Position numbers and translations under genes: made by a program. The notes under the pieces are model-generated. The model had not been told where the DNA came from, made no database searches, and saw nothing but the letters and a program-made list of their open reading frames with translations. Shown here in pieces: positions 41,327-60,016 of a stretch of DNA of 64,000 bases. Source of the DNA: Eledone cirrhosa (lineage: Eukaryota). The number at the start of each line of letters is the position of its first letter. Position 1 is the first letter of the stretch. The stretch is taken from NCBI GenBank assembly GCA_964016885.1, contig OZ024741.1, forward strand, positions 69,874,001 to 69,938,000, given 5' to 3'.

Positions 41327-41545
41327 CATAATTATATATATGTATATATAATTATACATAGTATATATATACACACACACACATATATATATAAACACAC
41401 ACACACACATATATATATGTAATCTGAGTTTTTCGAATATTGATAATAATATTCGATTCGTTTGCATAATTGCAAACAGCCTCTTTTTTAAGCCATGTCA
41501 GTAGAATGAGCCCCTCATTCTTGCTCTTGTGTTGGCATGTAAACA

Positions 41546-41595
41546 GAACTGTAGACACTAATGTTTCTGGGTATCACTCTTCATCAGTGCAGTTC
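41546..41595 (-). ncRNA. Type I HHR in a solo element (~41419-41760)
   Basis: rc GAACTGCA-CTGATGA-A-GAGT-GAT-ACCC-A-GAAA-CATTAGTG-TC-TACAGTTC. Confidence 0.68.
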
Positions 41596-41759
41596 ACTTT
41601 TCACCTGCCAACTGTCAGAGCTAGGGAAAATATATGATATTTTCTAAAATATAGAGTGACTGATCTGCCTGATTTGCATATTAGCAGACAGGCTGATCAG
41701 TCCGATCTGCATATTAGCAGATCCACGGATCAGCCAGATTTGCATATCAGCAGACAGGC

Positions 41760-43372
41760 CAACCTAAAGGCCAACCCCTCCTCAACGCGGCAGAGCGGTG
41801 GCAACGAGTAATGTCAAAGCTATGCCGTCGGGAACTTCGGTTCCTGGTAGGGCCACCCAAGGCGGATTGGTCTGGCACCCAGCGGTATTAGGGCCGCAAC
41901 CCGGAAAAAAAGTCTCTGATGAAAATCCAAGAGGTGTCTGTTCCGGCAACCCGCGGTTTCAGGTCGTTTCTGTCCCTGCGTCTGTGGAGAATCTGCGGCA
42001 AACAGGACGTTTTTTCTCCTGGTTCGGGATATACATGCGGGGTTTTGGGGGACCGCTTGTGAATTCACTACTCCCATGACACTTCTTCCATGAATCCTAC
42101 AAATAAGAACTATTAATACGAATTGCCTCCCCGCTACGAACGCAATGCAAAACAACAACACTCCTACCGCTATGGCTCTACAGACTACTCCCGCAGTAGT
42201 CCCGTTCTTCAGACGAAGGAAGGAATTGAGGGTGGCGTGCTGGAACGTCCGAACACTTCGTGACGACGGTGTCCAGGCACTTACAATGAAGGCTCTGCAC
42301 AGGTACTGCGTTTGTGTCGCTTGCCTTTCAGAGGTTCGCTCCCCGATGTTGGTCATCTTCCGATCAAAGTTCCTGGCGAGGACAACTCCTATCACTTGTA
42401 CCATAGTGGCGTGACTGACAACAGTGGCCTTCACGGGGTCGCTGTAGCGCTCAGCCCCGACGCGCAAGCGGCTCTGCTGGCGTGTGGCAGCCGATCTCAC
42501 ACCGACTCGCGCTGGTTCGATTCAAGGGTCAAATCTCCAACGTCACGTAATTGCCGTCTACGCTCCCACACTCAATGCGGACGAGGCGGACAAGATGCAG
42601 TTCTATGCCGATCTCCAAACAACCGTGGATGGCGTCCCCTCCAGTGATGTTCTCATTGTCGCTGGGGACTGGAATGCGCGGACAGGGCCGGCTGATGATA
42701 CAACACGGCATATTTTAGGACGCTTCGCCCTGGGCGTACGCTGTGACAATGGTGAACGGCTCGTATCCTTCGCGGATGCCAATCGTCTTATCGTCACCAA
42801 CACCCGGTTCCAACATCTTCGGCGTCACCTCGTCACGTGGCGATCCAATGACGGAAGAACTGCCAATCAGATTGACTACATCCTGGTCAGATCTCGTTGG
42901 GCCAGCTCAGTGATGGACTCGCGTGCATATCGAGGGGCTGATACGGGCAGTGAGCATGGGTTAAGACCATACTCTTGTTCGAGCAACCCTTCGTCTGCGG
43001 CTGCAGGCGAAACCTCCTCCCAACCGCCAGAAAAAGATCGACATCTCGCGACTCAAGCTCGATGCTGGAAATGCTTTCCGCCTAGAGCTGCGAAGCCGAT
43101 TCCAAATGCTGAGTAACGAAGTGGAACAGCAACCGGAGCAGGAGTGGAACGCGCTCAGGGCGGCGACGGTTGAGGTGGCCGGAGAGCATCTTGGGTCGAC
43201 CCAAAGACGCCATCGTGACTGGATCTCCGGCGGCACTCGCGGAGAGGGAGAGAGTGGCCCGACTCGAGGGTGCACCCAATCTTCAAGATCTCCGACGTCG
43301 CACATCTCGGGATATCGGGCCGTTCGGAATGCACACTGGCGCGAGTTTGCGGAGCAGACGGAGAGGGCAGCA
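41760..43372 (+). mobile_element. GC-rich RTE-clade LINE, 5' part (5' UTR + APE endonuclease), frameshifted, RT missing
   Basis: ACWNVRTL, LSEVR, VYAPT, AGDWNARTG, NGERL, TNTRFQH, TWRS.DG..NQIDYILV. Confidence 0.88.
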
Positions 43373-43379
43373 AAGAATG

Positions 43380-45545
43380 TTTCAACAGCATTAAGTGTTT
43401 TATACAACAGTGCCATTCTGGTAACATACTAATGATGGGAGACTTCAACATACCCTTTGTTGATCGGTCTACAAACAATTTGGAACCAGGTACTTTCACC
43501 TCAACCGCTAACAAAGCAGCAGTAGAGTCACTTCTCGCCTTTATAGATGAGTTTTTCCTGTCCTAACTTGTTCTTGCGCCAACAAGATATCAGAAAAAAC
43601 ATTTGGACTTAGTGTTTAGTAACCACACTAATATTATAGACAATATTACAGTAGAAAAAACCCTTCTCTCAGACTACGACATGTTTCTCTGTAACCTAGG
43701 ATTCCTCCAGCTGAAAGCTAAACTCAATGACTTTTCTTCAGCCATTTGATAACATGAATCGTCAAAATGTCAATTGGGATGTATTCACTAATTATCTATT
43801 TCATGTTGATTGGTCTTTCATACACGCACACATCTCCACCAATATCAAAACATCTTGGCAGATATTTGTAGACACTGTTACAAAAATATGTGCACATCAA
43901 GATCTGTGAACAAAACTAAGTGCAGCATCTCCCAAAACAGAAAAGAACTATTATCAGAAAAATAAAAAGAATAAACAAAAAAAAACTAAAATTCTGCCAA
44001 CAGTAACACATTCGACTGCCATTGCACTGGTTGAATAACAATAATATAATCTCCAACAAAGCATGAAGACCACCACCAATAACAAAAGAACAGCTGGGTA
44101 GGAATGGGCCATTGAGAAAATTAAACTCAATCGCAAAGTATTCTTTCCATTTGCGAAAAAATACAAGGTCTGTCTCCACTGTTAGCCCTCTCATTGATGA
44201 AAATGGCACTCTCCAAGACAATGCCAAAACCATGGGTAAGATACTGTAGAAATAACACTGCTCCGTTTTCAGTAATCCTGATATGGCCGATCTGGGCTGT
44301 ATCAGTGATGTTGATCCCCAACACACTATACTGAACATAACGTTTGGTGTCCTTCATATCTTAGCTGCAATAAACGAAATTAAACAATTCAGCAGTAGGC
44401 CCCGATAGGTTCCCTGCTGGTGCCTTGAAGGTGTGTTGACACCAACTTGCCTAACGCAGCTCCCCCATCACTTTGATGACATTCTAAGAGCTTTGGAAGA
44501 GGACTCCAACACTAATGTCATATACCTTAATTTCAGCAAGACCTTTGACAGGGTTCATCATAACATTGTACTGAAAAAATTATTGAACATTGTTGTCTCT
44601 GATGAGTTACTGCAATAGATCAAATGTCTCCTGACAAACAAGGAGTACAATCAAGCCCAGCCAAAGTTGGTAGTGGCGTCCCATAAGACACTGTGTTATG
44701 CCCACTTCTGTTCATTATTTATATCGACGTTATCAAGCACAACAACATAAGATTCTTTGCTGATGATTCCAAGCTCAAGAAGGTCATCAATGGAGTGGAA
44801 TACCGGACATGCCTTCAATCAAAACGACTTGTTGTTATACAATGGGTGGAAAAGAACAATATGCTGCTGAACGAGGATAAATTCGAACTAATCCACTTTG
44901 GAAAAGAGGATGCACTGAAACTATCATACTCTCACCTCTCCAGTGAAACCTTCGTGACATCCAACAACATCAGAGATCTGGGAATAATTGTTGATAACAA
45001 CATAAGCTGGGCCACTCATAAACAGCAAAGTTGATATGGCCCACAGAATGTGTTCCTAGATTCTTAGAACTTTCCAGTCGATAGATAGCCACACCATTAT
45101 CCTTCTCTTCTCTATTTTTTCCCAGCCCCATCTTGAATGCTGTTGCTCACTGTGGTCTCCCCACGTGAAACAAAATATCATAAAAATTGAAGCAGCTCAA
45201 AGGTCAATCACAAAAACGATAGACGGCATGACAAGCCTTGATTATTGGAATCGACGAGAAAAGCTCAAACTCTACTCTTTCCACCGCCGCCAGGAGCGTT
45301 TCATTATCTGCATGATGTGGAAAATATTCCATCAGCATTACCCAAATAATGTTTGCATCACTTTAAGATACACACAAGACTTGGGCCCCGTGCTATCTGC
45401 CCACAACGAAAATCAAACTCGCATCTCACAACAACATTATCGAACAATTATTTCACGTCAACTGGTCTCACTCTCTTTAACATTACACCAAAACACATAA
45501 AAACAGAAACAGATCCCATAAAATTCAAAAAAGGCACAAAATACT
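43380..45545 (+). mobile_element. Decayed CR1/L2-group LINE
   Basis: MGDFNIP, LDLVF, IYLNFSKTFDRVHH, PLLFIIYI, FADDSKL, RDLGIIVD, IEAAQRS. Confidence 0.85.
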
Positions 45546-45939
45546 AGCGTATATATATAAGATTTTTCAAAAAATGTTTAGCATGGTTAATACGAAAAAT
45601 AATGGAAATAAAATATTTATAAATATAAAAAGAAAACAGAAAAAAATTGTATTTTAATGGTAAATATAAATCAAAAGACTGTAAAAAAAGATTTCCATTT
45701 ATTTACACTATCTTTAAACTTATTTTAACCACTGGAATTTTTTACATAGTCAATCAATCTGCAAGAAATAGCAGCCAAAATTTCCGTCATGTCATTGTCT
45801 ACTCTATTTTGAAAATGCTGTCAAACGATAAATACAGATTTATTCATTAACAATGGCTAGAACGATGAGTCGATGTGACTGGAACCATTGACAGAGATGT
45901 AATCTTTTAAACTCTTTTTTGTTTAAGGGTACACTAAAT

Positions 45940-46127
45940 AATTGTTTCTACTTTAGGCACAAGGCCAGCAATTACCCAGTGCATTACTGGTACTTTATTT
46001 TATCGACCTCGTAAGGATGAAAGGCAAAGTCAACCTCGGCGGGATTTGAACTCAGATCGTAAAGGGACGTAACTATGCTGGAAAGCATGGCGTACGACCC
46101 TCTACCGATACTGCCAATCCACCGCCT
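45940..46127 (-). mobile_element. SINE family 1 copy
   Basis: Full-length; TAAATAAT on both flanks. Confidence 0.88.
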
Positions 46128-47099
46128 TAAATAATATAGTCTTATATACACTATGACTGGCTGACTAAGGCGGGATAGTCACTGCTGGAATGCCTTTGAT
46201 CATGAATCTGATCAATGAGGTATGACGAAAGGCTAAGCAACAGCAACAACAACATATTATTAACTCTTTTGTTCAGAATTAATTACTGTAGAATATGAAA
46301 GGATTTATTAAAATCATTATTTCAATTTTAAGAGGTTACTATTGTAATGTTTTTATATAATATACAAATATCCAGGAAATGGTATCAAATAAAAATAAAA
46401 CACACTACTAAAGGGAACAGAAAAGGAAGAAGAGAAAAAAAAATGAAAAGGAGAAAAAGAAAGAAGGATCAAGCAGCGAAAGAAAGGAAGAGGGAAGGAA
46501 AGTCACTATACTTCGGTCTGAGCGGTACCTCAGCGGACAAAACGGCAAAAGCGTTACCGTGGAGAATGGCCGGAGGCTAACAAAAGTTTCTCGTATTGGA
46601 AGATTTTAATTTAAATAGGAAATATTTAAAATTGGTGGTTTTATTTCATAGAAACGGAGTTTTTGACTGGTTGGTATAAAAAAGCTTCATTTGGTAAAAT
46701 ATGGTCTACATACGTATTTATGGCAATAAAAAAAATGTAATTGTTACCTATTTCCCTATGAGTGAAATTTTAAATAAGTTAAGTCCCGAAACACTTGTTT
46801 GAGGAGTTGTTCTTATCTGAAGATCTGCTATCCAGCTCTGCTGAGAGTTTCTTACCACCAGTGAAAAATATTGTTTCTCTTTTCTGTTAATTACGTTAAT
46901 GAACTTGTGAGTGAAATTCAGTGGATGGAAATTATATGCAAGTCAGAAATTATGTGTAATCAAAGGTTGGTCTTTTGGTACACGTGTCTATGAAATACAT
47001 AGCCACCACTTACACGTTCATTTAATGAGTAAGCTGTTTAGTTGATCAAACACGAGTTCATCATGTCAGCCGATCGATCATTTAATGATCGATCAATCA

Positions 47100-47130
<31 letters not shown>

Positions 47131-47136
47131 CTGTAG

Positions 47137-47331
47137 CAGACCTGCCAACCTCTAAAACCCCAATGGGGGAGTACCGTGAAAAAAGTGCCCCCAAACGGGG
47201 GAGAAATGAGGCAAAATGGGGAGATTTTACATAATGAAAGCCATACCCATTTTCACAAGAGAAGACATCTCTCACCCACCCCAAAGTGGGTGGAAGATCT
47301 CCCCGTTGGACGGAGAGAGTTGACATGTCTG
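47137..47331. mobile_element. Probable MITE
   Basis: CAGACCTGCCAAC / GTTGACATGTCTG termini; flanks CTGTAG/CTATAG. Confidence 0.5.
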
Positions 47332-48858
47332 CTATAGTATGACATAAAAGATTTCTGGTAAGTCAAGTGAGCACCCGAATACAATTTTCTCTGGTGCAGC
47401 CGAATACAGTTTTCTCTGGTTAGTTGCATCTGTATACTTTGATTAAATTGTAACACAAAACAATAACTTTTATACAATTTATTTTACCAGTTTCTCAAAA
47501 GTGGTATATTTCAATTAATTTATTATACAAAAAACATGCAATCTATTGAATACCAGACAGTCAGTGGAATTCATTCCAAACAAACTTCTTATACACAATT
47601 TGCATTCATACATTATATATAAAGTACACACTATTCCTATAATCAATACTTTTATACAAGCTGACATATACGAAGCTAATGTATACTGAAACACAATGAT
47701 CAACCCACACACGGATTTATGTGTTCATTTGAGGTGACGTTCATGCCTTCCACAACAGCTTTAACAGTGAAATGAAAAACAAGGATAGTTTCAACAGAGT
47801 AAAACTAAATCAGGTCGTAAGTTCGGCTCGTCAAAATCTTATCTCTTCTTCCGCAGAGCTACTTCCTATTGTTACGACTATTAGATTAAAAAACAAACAA
47901 ACAAAACAAACAAAACAAAAACAAAACAATGAGGCGAACAAGTTTAGAGTATTTTCAGCGAATATATTGTACATTTCGACGTCTTATAATAATGGAATCC
48001 GTGTAATAAACTATTGCAACACACTAATAACTCAGTTGAACCACTAATGAAATCAAACTGTCACATGGCTGAGACAGGGTAACGTAACAACAAGCGGGGA
48101 AAATATACAGCACAAGCGTTTTAAGGCCATATTCCCTGCTAGAATAGAGGTGAGCGTTGTGGGCCCAATGATAGACGTAATGGTCACCGTGGGCTCCTTT
48201 TTTTAGAGGTGTTTTACTGTCAGATGCCCTTCTTGCAACCAAGCTTTGCCATTTAGTCGCCTCATACGACTCGCAGGGATATGGTGTATCTATTCAAAGC
48301 TTGATACATACAAAAAAATGTTTTAAAAAATTATGAAATACGAAAATATCACTAAAAATATGTAACACAAAGATAACATTAAAATATTTGAGACATTCTA
48401 GAATAACAGCTAGTAGCTTGTCGGTGGGTAGCGACTCACTGGTGGGCTATTGAAAGTTTTTCTGTGAGCCCAAGGCTTTTTTGCAAATTGTTATATGTAA
48501 GATATTATACATGTGATCTACAGGCAAAACTTAAAAAAAAAAATAAAAAAATAAAATAAAAAAAATAAAAAGTGAATTATTAAAAAAAAAAAAAGTTGCT
48601 ACCACCTTCTCTGGGAATTAAAATATAAGACAATATACATAAAATGCTGTCATCTAGTAAAACAGGGTTTGTTACTTAAAACTAACTATCTAGATAGCAC
48701 AAGTGTAGTAGTGAATCATTTGAAAAAGATAGTTAAATATAAGAGTAACATTATCTTACATTTACATAACAGAGAAAATAACATTGAATAACATACATTT
48801 GAATATTTTGAAAGATATGACATATCATTTCAAATACAAGTTTTATAGCAATTCAAAC

Positions 48859-48902
<44 letters not shown>

Positions 48903-48972
48903 TACACACACATATACATAATACACACATACACACATATATATACATATGTATTTACACACACATATACAT

Positions 48973-49050
<78 letters not shown>

Positions 49051-49182
49051 AACACACACACACACACATAAATATATATATATATATAGTATTAGCCAGA
49101 TGAAAAGTTAAAGCAAACAATTTCTGGTTTCACCCTTCTGAAAAATCTAATCTGTACTAATAATAAATATTTGCTCTACAGG

Positions 49183-53238
<4,056 letters not shown>

Positions 53239-54018
53239 TTAGACTATTAAACAAAGTAACGGGTAATTCTAGAATCAACAATTTTATATGACTGCTGGTA
53301 TTGTACATGTTTTTGTTTATTTTTTTTTTGTTTGAAAAAAGTAGACATTTCTTCCTTCCTTTGTTTTTTTTCTTTCTTATTTTGTATATAAAAGTTTAAG
53401 AAAATGTTAAGTTTGTTGGGTTAGTTTGCTGGTTGATTTCGTTGCTTTAAGTTTGGTTTACTTAGATGGTTTTGCTCAATACTTATCAGTTTATATAAAG
53501 TCCACCAATGTGTCATCAACAATTAGATAGGTTCATTATGTAAGAAACATTTATGATAAAAAGTATAAATTCCGGCTTTGTTCAACTACTTACATTCTCT
53601 TGAGATGGGTTTTGTCCCTCCCCATCATTTAAATTTTGTTTTTCCTCATGGAAATTTCAATGTTCAGCATTTTATTAACAAAGAATAACAATCAGTTTTA
53701 CGAGAAAAAAGTATTTTAGCATAAAAAAAAAAGATTCATTTGGAATATATCATATATACTAAAACGAGGGGCTTTATGTATATATATATATATTTGCAGT
53801 TATTTTCCACGATAAATAAATAATTATTAAAATTTTCCAGCTTATATTGATGCTGGTGTTGTTATATTATTTATAAAATGTTATAAAACTGATGTGTTTA
53901 TATTACAGTTGCATGAAAATGGTTTTAAACAGACTTCAAATTTCGTCTGTTATACCTACTGTCTATATAAAATAAGTTGATGGAAATTACATTCCAGACA
54001 AACACATTCAATGATTTT

Positions 54019-54486
54019 TCATAAGCAATAAAATTCGTGTATTACAACTGAACATGTTAAGCATTCAACGACACAACACCAGTTAAATTTGCAATTGCAT
54101 CGCTCATTGGAAATCCTCTGCTGAGTTCTGTAACCACGCCCACAACACAGTAGGTCACAACCGTCAATCGCTTTCGAAGTTAAGTTGCATAACCGGCCAT
54201 GAGTGCCTGGAATGCCGATCGTAGGGATAGGTTCACAGAAGTCTGGAGATACCATCAAATAAACCAAGTCCTCCTGTGTGTGAGGCTTGAATTTGGGATT
54301 CATTGGAACTAATAATTTCTTAGTTCCTTTATTCTTCTTACGAACTTCTGTCGCTCCGTCGAATTTCTCTTTTATTATCTCACCAACTTCCCGAAACGAA
54401 CGAATCGCTCGCCAGCAGGTTCGCATTTCACATGTACCCGACACTCCATGGCATTTACACTGAATTTTCATATGGTTCTCAATTGC
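54019..54486 (-). CDS. Wnt4: Last coding exon of a Wnt4 orthologue
   Basis: [66 protein letters not shown]; phase-0 acceptor TTTTGTAG|GCA at 54487/54486; TGA at 54019-54021. Confidence 0.93.
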   Translation of the reverse strand, partial: AIENHMKIQCKCHGVSGTCEMRTCWRAIRSFREVGEIIKEKFDGATEVRKKNKGTKKLLVPMNPKFKPHTQEDLVYLMVSPDFCEPIPTIGIPGTHGRLCNLTSKAIDGCDLLCCGRGYRTQQRISNERCNCKFNWCCVVECLTCSVVIHEFYCL

Positions 54487-55704
54487 CTACAAAATATAAA
54501 ATTTAAAAATGTATTAGATTCATATTTCTATGAAATAATGTTCGTTAATATTGTGGCAAAGAAGGAAAGTTCAAAGCAACAACAGTTTTTAATGCCGTAA
54601 TAGGCACCCAAACCCACTTTTTACAAAAAGAAAGAAAAAAATGCTTAGTCATATTTGGAAGAGTGCCAGCTATTGAAAATGTTAAATTTGCCACCAGAAG
54701 ACAAACATTTCACATTCTTTATTCCTTCTGCAAATCAACAAAATAATATTTTCGAATTCTAGTGCCCCCATCATATTTTTTTTACTGTTTAGTTGAGGAG
54801 AGAAACGACAGTGCCCCCAACTCTTTCCAGGGTCTCCAAGACTAGTGGGAAAGCAGGAGGAATGTATCCTTATTTAAGAGACATTGCCTGAATTCTTGCA
54901 ACAGACAGGGCTCCGCTAATGATACTCATCAGTCAATTGGTATTGTTAAATCGGATGATAGATCAAGTCTACCGCCGATATCCATTTAATATCTACTTTT
55001 GAATCTAAAGGAATAAAACATTGTAGTAAAACCAATGTGTTTAATTGGTTTTCCAATTTTCAACAATATATTAAAGCGAGCTGCATCTTACATTGTCAAC
55101 AGGCTTATCAAATCACCGTTAATTGTTAAACGTGCCTATGTACGTCGATGTTTTAAAGGAAATAAAACATCAGCTTCCCTGGAGGTTGAGAAATTTCAAG
55201 AAAATAATAATAGCGGTAAGGGTTAGGGTTTTCTATTAAAAAATGTGGCAACATGACGTTAAATGTTTTACAGTTGTTTTTTAAATGAAAAATATAAAAA
55301 TATTTTTTAACTGCGTTTGTTCAAAACCTGCACTATTCAAAACCTACTAGGAAGCGGGTTCCTTCTATTTTTCTTTTTATAGAACTACGTACAGACAAAG
55401 TATATTTTATTAACCATAATTACAGAATATTTTACACTGTTGAAAGAGAGCGAAAAAAAAAAATAATACCGATTATGTTACAAAGTCTAACTCTTTACGG
55501 TTTAAAAAATGTTTGTCTTATAACTGATTATGATAGATATAAAAACAAAACAAATTAAAACAAGATATGAAAGTGATATACTTTTAGATTTTAATAAAAA
55601 CTTATTTGATTTGGTTCAAATGATTGATGATTTTATAATTGAAAAACAAAAACAAAACAAACAAACAAACAAAACAAAACAAAAATCAGTAATCTTTAGT
55701 ATGG

Positions 55705-56024
55705 TATGGTCGTATGGTCCCGTAACTCCTTATAGAGTTGCAGGGGCGCCGTATTGACATAGGGCGTTTTTGGGGGACATTTTAAGCCTGGCGGAGCCCA
55801 TCCCTCTCCAGGCTTAAGTACAGCAGATTTCTTCCAAAGAAAGATAGAAAGTAAGAGAGAGAGGAAATGAGAAAGAGATATAGAGGAAGAATCGATCCCA
55901 GTACTAGACTGGTACTTTTTATCGACCTCGAAAGGAAGAAAGGCAAAGTTGTCCTCGGCGGGATTAGAAAGAATACCACAAGGCATTCTATCGGACGTTC
56001 TAACGACTCTCCCAATTCGCCGCC
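55705..56024 (-). mobile_element. SINE family 2 copy
   Basis: Homologous to 39075-39812 without the expansion. Confidence 0.65.
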
Positions 56025-56250
56025 TAAGCTTTAGTGTAAACGAGGTTAATGTCTGGATAACTTCTACTTCTGTTGTTACCGTTACTGCTAATGCTGTGGA
56101 AATTATGTTTTTTGTTACACGTATCTGTGGAATATTCAGCCACCTACACGTTAATTTACGAGCTAATCGAACAATCGAATACATATATATCCTTTGTACG
56201 AAACAACGAATTTGTTGATTGAATCTGCCAGAATATTACTGGCTCTCATT

Positions 56251-56434
56251 GTGGATTGGCAGTATCGGTAGAGGGTCGGACGCCATGCTTTCCAGCATAG
56301 TTACGTCCCTTTACGATCTGAGTTCAAATCCTGCCGAGGTTGACTTTGCCTTTCATCTTTACGGGGTCGATAAAATAAAGTACCAGTAATGCACTGGGTA
56401 ATTGCTGGCCTTGTGCCTAAAGTAGAAACAATTA
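56251..56434 (+). mobile_element. SINE family 1 copy
   Basis: A/B boxes and Nin core. Confidence 0.88.
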
Positions 56435-56696
56435 TATCTACACCAGGAGGATGAAACATTAAGCCTGGCCTAGCAAGATTTGTAAAGAAAGCTTAGCAGG
56501 ACACGTATAAATGTTCATCGTCGAAATTGACCGACTATCCATCACAGCCAATGCTTCTGTATATGAATCAGGTGAAGGTGAGTGTTTACATATTTTTATC
56601 ATGTTTGCTTTAAAATAATTGTTGCGTGCACACTCTCACACACTTTCCATAGTTGTTACAGAGTATTAATATTTCGGCGTTGCTCCCACGACTCTA

Positions 56697-56736
<40 letters not shown>

Positions 56737-57004
56737 TCTTAACATCCCCTTTCTGTGAGACCACCACCAGCAGCAGCAGTAGCATCTATCCCCCCCCCCT
56801 CTCACACACACACACACATTTGCTATCCCCAACAGAAGTGAGATGTCACGATAATTTAGACGTCTAGAGAAAATCAAAAGCCAAACAACATAGAAAAGAA
56901 ATATACAGAAGAAATAGAAAATAGAAAAGGTCTCTCAATCCTTAATCAAATCAATAATGAAACAATAGAGAAAAAGGAAGGGGAGATAAATAATACAGAA
57001 ATAT

Positions 57005-57372
57005 ATGTATGGATCCGTAATTCTTAATGGATTCTTAGGAGCACCGTAGTGGCATACGGCGTGTCTCGCGCATTTTAATGTGGCGGGACTTGGCCTCCAA
57101 GCATGAATGAAACCAATTTCTTCCAGAGAAGGAAAGAAAGAAAAATGAGAGAGAGAGGGGGGAGGGAGCGAGCGAGCGAGAGAGGAAGTGAGAAAGAGAT
57201 ATAGAAGAAAAAAAAAAAAAATCAACCCAGTACTGGACTGATATTTTTTTATTGACTTCGAAAGGATGAAGGACAAAACTGACCTCAGCAGATTTTAACA
57301 CTGAGTGCAGGGAGCCGAAACAAAAATCGCAAAAACAGTCTACCCGATATTCTAATGACTGCCAAATTGACC
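57005..57372 (-). mobile_element. SINE family 2 copy
   Basis: Homologous to 55705-56024. Confidence 0.6.
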
Positions 57373-59284
57373 GTCTACAACTGAAATATAACTTAACAAA
57401 AAAAAAAAAAACAGAAAAGAACAATCCCAAATCAAAGAACGCATATAACAACAGGTCCTTGCTAAATTGTAAAGGACCTGTCCGTATGAAAAATGACGAC
57501 AATTCTTTGTAGAAAACAGTCTGATTCCAACCCCAAACGATTTTAATTAAAAACATTGTAAAAAAAGTAAAAATTATCATAAAAATGAATGCTGCACCAA
57601 CCGGAAGAGATGCTGAAGAATTTTTGAGAAAAAATATGAGCAACAAAGGAATCACTACTGGAAAAAGCTGGTCAAAACAATTAAGTTAGCAAACAATATA
57701 TGTAGCCAAGACATCAGATTTTGAAGCGTTGAAAATATAAAATTAATGTAAAGGATGATCTGCTCATGTGCAGATATATCATAAAATAGTCGATCTCTCG
57801 GTTACGTATATTGTTTGTTTACTTACGGATGTCTGTCTGTCGGTCTGTTTGCCTGTCTGCTGACATTTGAACAGCTGTTGTTCAGCTATCTACTTGAAAA
57901 GACGGTAAATAGTTGTCGCGGTCCTTAACTTAATGGTTTAAAGCGCCTAGCTGGTATCTAGGAGATATAAGCCTCAATTCCTCATAGCAGCCGATGACAA
58001 CTTCTGTTTTCGTCCTTTAAGAGTCTTAACCCTATTTTATAAGCTATTTTATAGCGTCTCTGCGCATGAGCATATCATCCTTAAGTCAGCATTTGAACAA
58101 TCGGGTGAAGCCATAACAACAAAAGAAGTGGCCTAGGCATGTAAAAAATGGAAGGCATCAGGACATAAAATATTTAACCCAGACGCCTGATTAAAATGCA
58201 GGGTGAGGCATAAGTAACCGGGCAGTCAATGCATTTTTACTGCAAGGTTCACAGATAACTTTTTGAACATTCGCTTATTTGTGTGTGATCAGCAATGGCT
58301 ATATTTTTTAACTACTTTTGTTTGATGTATTTATAATTTCATACTGTATATCAAGAATGTTAGTAAATATTGTCATTTGGAATATAAATGTTAGACAGCC
58401 CGATTACTTATGACTCACCCTTTATTTAACCGATACATAAGGGGCTGGCAGAGAAATTTAAAGAGATAATATCAACTGTCTCTGTTCAAAAGTCGTTGTT
58501 TTAACTTTTATTGTTTGTCTGTTTAGGAGCTATTTTGTCCTGTTAGATTGCAGTATTTTGTGTGGGGCTGTAGCTGTGTAGTGGGATACCATTACCAAAA
58601 TTGAAGTGTTACAGTGCATGAAAAAAAAATGGAATTATATAAACAAAAAAACAACTACAGTTAGTTGTCTTACATATTTAAATCCCAATAGTTCAGTGAA
58701 TGCCCAAGAGTGAAATAAACCCAAAATGAAATAATGTTTCCTTCACATTCCTAGAGAAATCTCGGAGCAAATTTAAGCAAGTAATAATTATAATAATTCT
58801 TTCTAAAATTTGCACAAGGCCAGCAACGATGAAAACAAAGTTGACCTAGGTGGGATTTGAACTCAGATGGCAAAGACCCAGAGCAAATACCACGAAGAAT
58901 TTGTCCGACTCTCTAACGACTCTGCCAATCCACTGGCCGAAAACCCCCAAAACATCATACGGTTGCAGTGGGATTTGAACCCTTGCCCTCAAATACCCTC
59001 GCTGAATATGTCGTAAAAACCTGATAGTCTATTGACTGAGATATGAAGGCAGCGTTAACAGCAACAACAATAATCGTTTCTGATTTAGGCAAAAGGCCAA
59101 GAATTTGGTGGGAGGAGAAAGTTGTTTAAATAGACATCAATACGTTACTATTACTTTATTTTATCGATACCGTAAGGATGAAAGGTAAAGCTGACCTCCG
59201 AGAGATTGTTGTGGACGCTACCCCTGGAGGGAAATTAGCCATTAATTTATGCAATAAAGCATGTTGTCCAACGCTCATAATGAT

Positions 59285-59500
59285 GATTTCTAGTATAGGC
59301 ACAAGGCCAGTAATTTGGGGGGAGGGGAAAGTTGATTAAATCTGCCCCAGTACGTTACTGGTGCTTTATTTTATTGACTCCGTAAGGATGAAAGGCAAAG
59401 TTAACCTCGGCGGGATTTGAACTCAGACCGTAAAGGGCGGTAACTCTATGCTGCAAAGTATGGTGTCCGACTCTCTACCGATACTGCCAATCCACCGCCC
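59285..59500 (-). mobile_element. SINE family 1 copy (further partial copies at ~58800-58935 and ~59075-59275)
   Basis: A/B boxes and Nin core. Confidence 0.85.
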
Positions 59501-60016
59501 TATACATGCAACAGCAACAATAATAATAATGTTATTATGCTTAACAATGTATTATAACAAACTCTGTAATAACATTTCTTTCCACCCCAACAAAAACATA
59601 TAACATACAATAGCATTCTGAGCATTCTCATATTGTATGGTTCATATGTTGTGTTGTATCCACTGAGGATTGTAGAATAAGTATTTCACAGTGACAAACA
59701 ACGTATATATGTGTTACTTGTGGCTGTCTTAACAGTATTGTATTCCCTCTCTTCCGAGCAAAGCAATGCACTACAGTTCCTATATACACAAGCATAGCTT
59801 ACACAGATTAACACTAGACCACTAGATATTGCAAGGCTGTGTGCTGGAGCCTCTATTACATAACTACAACTTACATAGATTTGTATTGGACCTTAAATCC
59901 GGTGGACTGCCGTGTAAAGCAACTCACCACAGTCACTTTATATGGCACACATAGATTAACACTGAGCCACTAAACCCAATGGTACCCAAGCAAAACTATT
60001 CACTGGTGCTTCTAGA

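Noticed and set aside
41914-41935. CTGATGA in the RTE 5' region (also at ~60556)
   Set aside because: No stem II or GAAA in register
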